Below are positions 62,375-64,000 of a DNA stretch of 64,000 nucleotides, one piece after another (position 1 is the first letter of the stretch; the number at the start of each line of letters is the position of its first letter). Under the pieces are notes generated by a model that searched no databases, was not told where the DNA came from, and saw nothing but the letters and a program-made list of their open reading frames with translations. The translations under genes and the position numbers were made by a program. Source of the DNA: Planctomycetota bacterium (GTDB lineage Bacteria > Planctomycetota > Brocadiia > JAADGH01). The stretch covers positions 34,967 through 98,966 of the forward strand of contig JBFMAD010000022.1 in NCBI GenBank assembly GCA_040755855.1, in the 5' to 3' direction.

Positions 62375-63460
62375 TCAGGATGACAGGGAGATCATCTTCA
62401 GGCAGACCGGCATGGATACGTTCGTCACGAGGCCCGTGGGCTTGAGCCCGCCGGTCGCCCCATCAATGCGGAAGGAGACGATGTTGTCCGTGTTCTGATT
62501 GGCGACGAGGAGGAACGTCCCCGTCGGGTCAATCATGAAGTTGCGGGGGTGATCGCCCTGCGTCGGCTCGCAGCCGACGAGCGCGAGCCTGCCGGAGGAC
62601 TCGTCAATCGTGAAGATGGCGATGCTATTGTGTCCCCGGTTGGATCCGTAGAGGAATTTCCCGTTCGGATGGACGTGCACGTCGGCGCAGTAGCTCGTCC
62701 CCGTGAAATCGGCCGGCAGGGTGGAGATCGTCTGCAGCTCCTGCAGCGCGCCGCATGTCTCATCGTACCGGAAGGCGACCATCGTGTTGCCCAGTTCGTT
62801 GATTACATAGGCGTAGCGCCGGTTGGGATGGAAGGCGAAGTGCCGCGGCCCGGCGCCGGGGTGCACCTGGGCCCAGGGCGGATCGTTCGGGAGGAGCCTG
62901 CCCTGTTTGAGGTCAAGCCGATAGATCATGATCTTGTCCAGCCCGAGGTCCGGGGCGAAGGCGTAGCGGTTGGACGGGTCCGGGAGGATGGAGTGGGCGT
63001 GCGGGCCGGTCTGCCGCTTGGGATCAATGCTCGATCCCTCGTGTTGCACGAGGGCGGTGGCCTCGCCCAGTCGTCCGTCGCTCCCGATGGGGAGCATGGC
63101 CACGCTGCCCGACGAGTAGTTCGCCGCCAGGACGAACCTGCCCGTCTGCTCCACGCTTAGGTGGCAGGTGGATGCGCCGTGGGCGGACTGGCGGTTGAGG
63201 AAGGTCAGCTCGCCCGTCTTCGGGGCGATGGAGAAGGCGCTCACCGCGCCGCCCTCGCTTGGGCCTTTGCCGCGGGCCTCGTTCACGGCGCAGAGATAGC
63301 GCCGCGTGGGATGGACGGCGAGGAAGGAGGGATTGTCCAGGCCCGTCGCCTTGCTTGTCATCTCCAGGGCGGCTGTATCGGGGTTGAAGCGATAGACATA
63401 GATTCCTTCCGATCCGCGTTTTGTGTATGTGCCGACGTAGATGAGACGCTGCTCCGGCAT
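62375..63460 (-). CDS. pgl: 6-phosphogluconolactonase-type lactonase (7-bladed beta-propeller)
   Basis: LIYVGTYTKRGSEGIYVYRF...NPSFLAVHP...YLCAVNE...HAHSILPDPSNRYAFAPDLGLDKI...PRHFAFHPN. AAGGAG RBS. Confidence 0.75.
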   Translation of the reverse strand: MPEQRLIYVGTYTKRGSEGIYVYRFNPDTAALEMTSKATGLDNPSFLAVHPTRRYLCAVNEARGKGPSEGGAVSAFSIAPKTGELTFLNRQSAHGASTCHLSVEQTGRFVLAANYSSGSVAMLPIGSDGRLGEATALVQHEGSSIDPKRQTGPHAHSILPDPSNRYAFAPDLGLDKIMIYRLDLKQGRLLPNDPPWAQVHPGAGPRHFAFHPNRRYAYVINELGNTMVAFRYDETCGALQELQTISTLPADFTGTSYCADVHVHPNGKFLYGSNRGHNSIAIFTIDESSGRLALVGCEPTQGDHPRNFMIDPTGTFLLVANQNTDNIVSFRIDGATGGLKPTGLVTNVSMPVCLKMISLSS

Positions 63461-63648
63461 GGCTCATTCTCCTTTATGCTTGGTGCGTGTGAAGGTCAAT
63501 CCCCCTGCACTCATAGCACATGGCGCGCATTTGTCAAGTTGTTTTCCGGCGGGAAAGAAGATGCCTCTTCCGGTATTGACAATCCGCGAGGCCGCCGGTA
63601 GAGTGATTCCTCCAGAACGGCCATGCGACACGGAAAGGAAGTCTTGTA

Positions 63649-64000
63649 ATGACGCCGGGTTCCGGGAAGCCGAGAATTCTCCTCACCGGCGCGCTCGGTT
63701 GTCTGGGAAGCGCGGTGCGGCAGGTCGCGGGGAGCGATCATGAATTGGTGTGCATGGACATCGGGCCGTCGGACGATCCGTCCGTCCGCCAGGGCGACTT
63801 CACCGATGCCGCGCGGATGCGCGATCTGTTAGCGGGATGCGACGCCGTCATCCACACCGCCTCCCTGCACGGCGGCCACCGGCTGACGCACACCCCGACC
63901 CAATTTGCGGAAGCGAACGTCGGGGGGCTTGTGACCATGCTCGATCTCTGTCGCGAGCTGGGGGTGCGCCGGTTTGTCTTCTCCTCCACCATTGAAATCC
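63649..64000 (+). CDS. NAD-dependent epimerase/dehydratase family protein (5' part only, runs off window)
   Basis: Manual translation: MTPGSGKPRILLTGALGCLGSAVRQ...DAVIHTASLHGGH...RRFVFSSTIEI. Absent from the ORF track because no stop lies in the window. Confidence 0.7.
   Translation, partial: MTPGSGKPRILLTGALGCLGSAVRQVAGSDHELVCMDIGPSDDPSVRQGDFTDAARMRDLLAGCDAVIHTASLHGGHRLTHTPTQFAEANVGGLVTMLDLCRELGVRRFVFSSTIEI

Noticed and set aside
1-64000. tRNA, rRNA, tmRNA or known riboswitch genes in the intergenic regions
   Set aside because: I recognised no cloverleaf-compatible sequence with a GTTCRANYC T-loop context and no rRNA-like or familiar riboswitch cores by eye. This is a weak negative and should be confirmed with tRNAscan-SE and Infernal/Rfam.

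Overview
High-GC (about 60-65 % by eye, not computed), densely coding chromosomal segment of a Gram-negative bacterium. I call 56 CDS. I recognised no rRNA, tRNA or CRISPR array. Housekeeping blocks: trkA-trkH; PiT phosphate permease plus DUF47 regulator; glyA-gpsA; an RND efflux pair; lpxD-yjbQ-phosphorylase-like-purF; kdsA-murA-prmC-prfA-rpmE; hemC-hemA-ccsA-like. Between them lie envelope and carbohydrate genes: a polyprenyl-phosphate sugar transferase operon, a CBM9-GH protein, a GDP-mannose-3,5-epimerase-like gene, a multi-module ConA-like lipoprotein and a delta-60 repeat protein. There is also a DUF433/DUF5615 toxin-antitoxin pair. A degenerate DUF1559-like pseudopilin, an LEELEPRIAP N-terminus, an EF-hand esterase, sulfatase-like enzymes and heptamer repeats translating as ECGMRN / IRNPKSE suggest a Planctomycetota/PVC-like lineage (inference only). 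The unusual part is the non-coding DNA. (1) The largest intergenic region (43.64-44.58 kb) holds five copies of an ATATGTT-N6-AACATAT palindrome spaced 159-162 bp apart in a diverged tandem array that fits no feature class I know; this is my top candidate for something undescribed. (2) At least seven intergenic loci carry GGAWTGC-type heptanucleotide tracts, often as inverted arm pairs around a central hairpin. (3) A REP-associated tyrosine transposase (RAYT) sits in an AT-rich island, with several REPIN-like hairpin-doublet families elsewhere. (4) A 63-aa AbrB-like gene with a perfect palindromic operator is enclosed by 30-bp inverted repeats. Several small proteins also deserve a look: a stand-alone MshEN-like domain, a membrane-anchored L7/L12-CTD protein and a DnaJ-type zinc-finger mini-protein. 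The many long ORFs antisense to real genes are high-GC shadow ORFs and are rejected.
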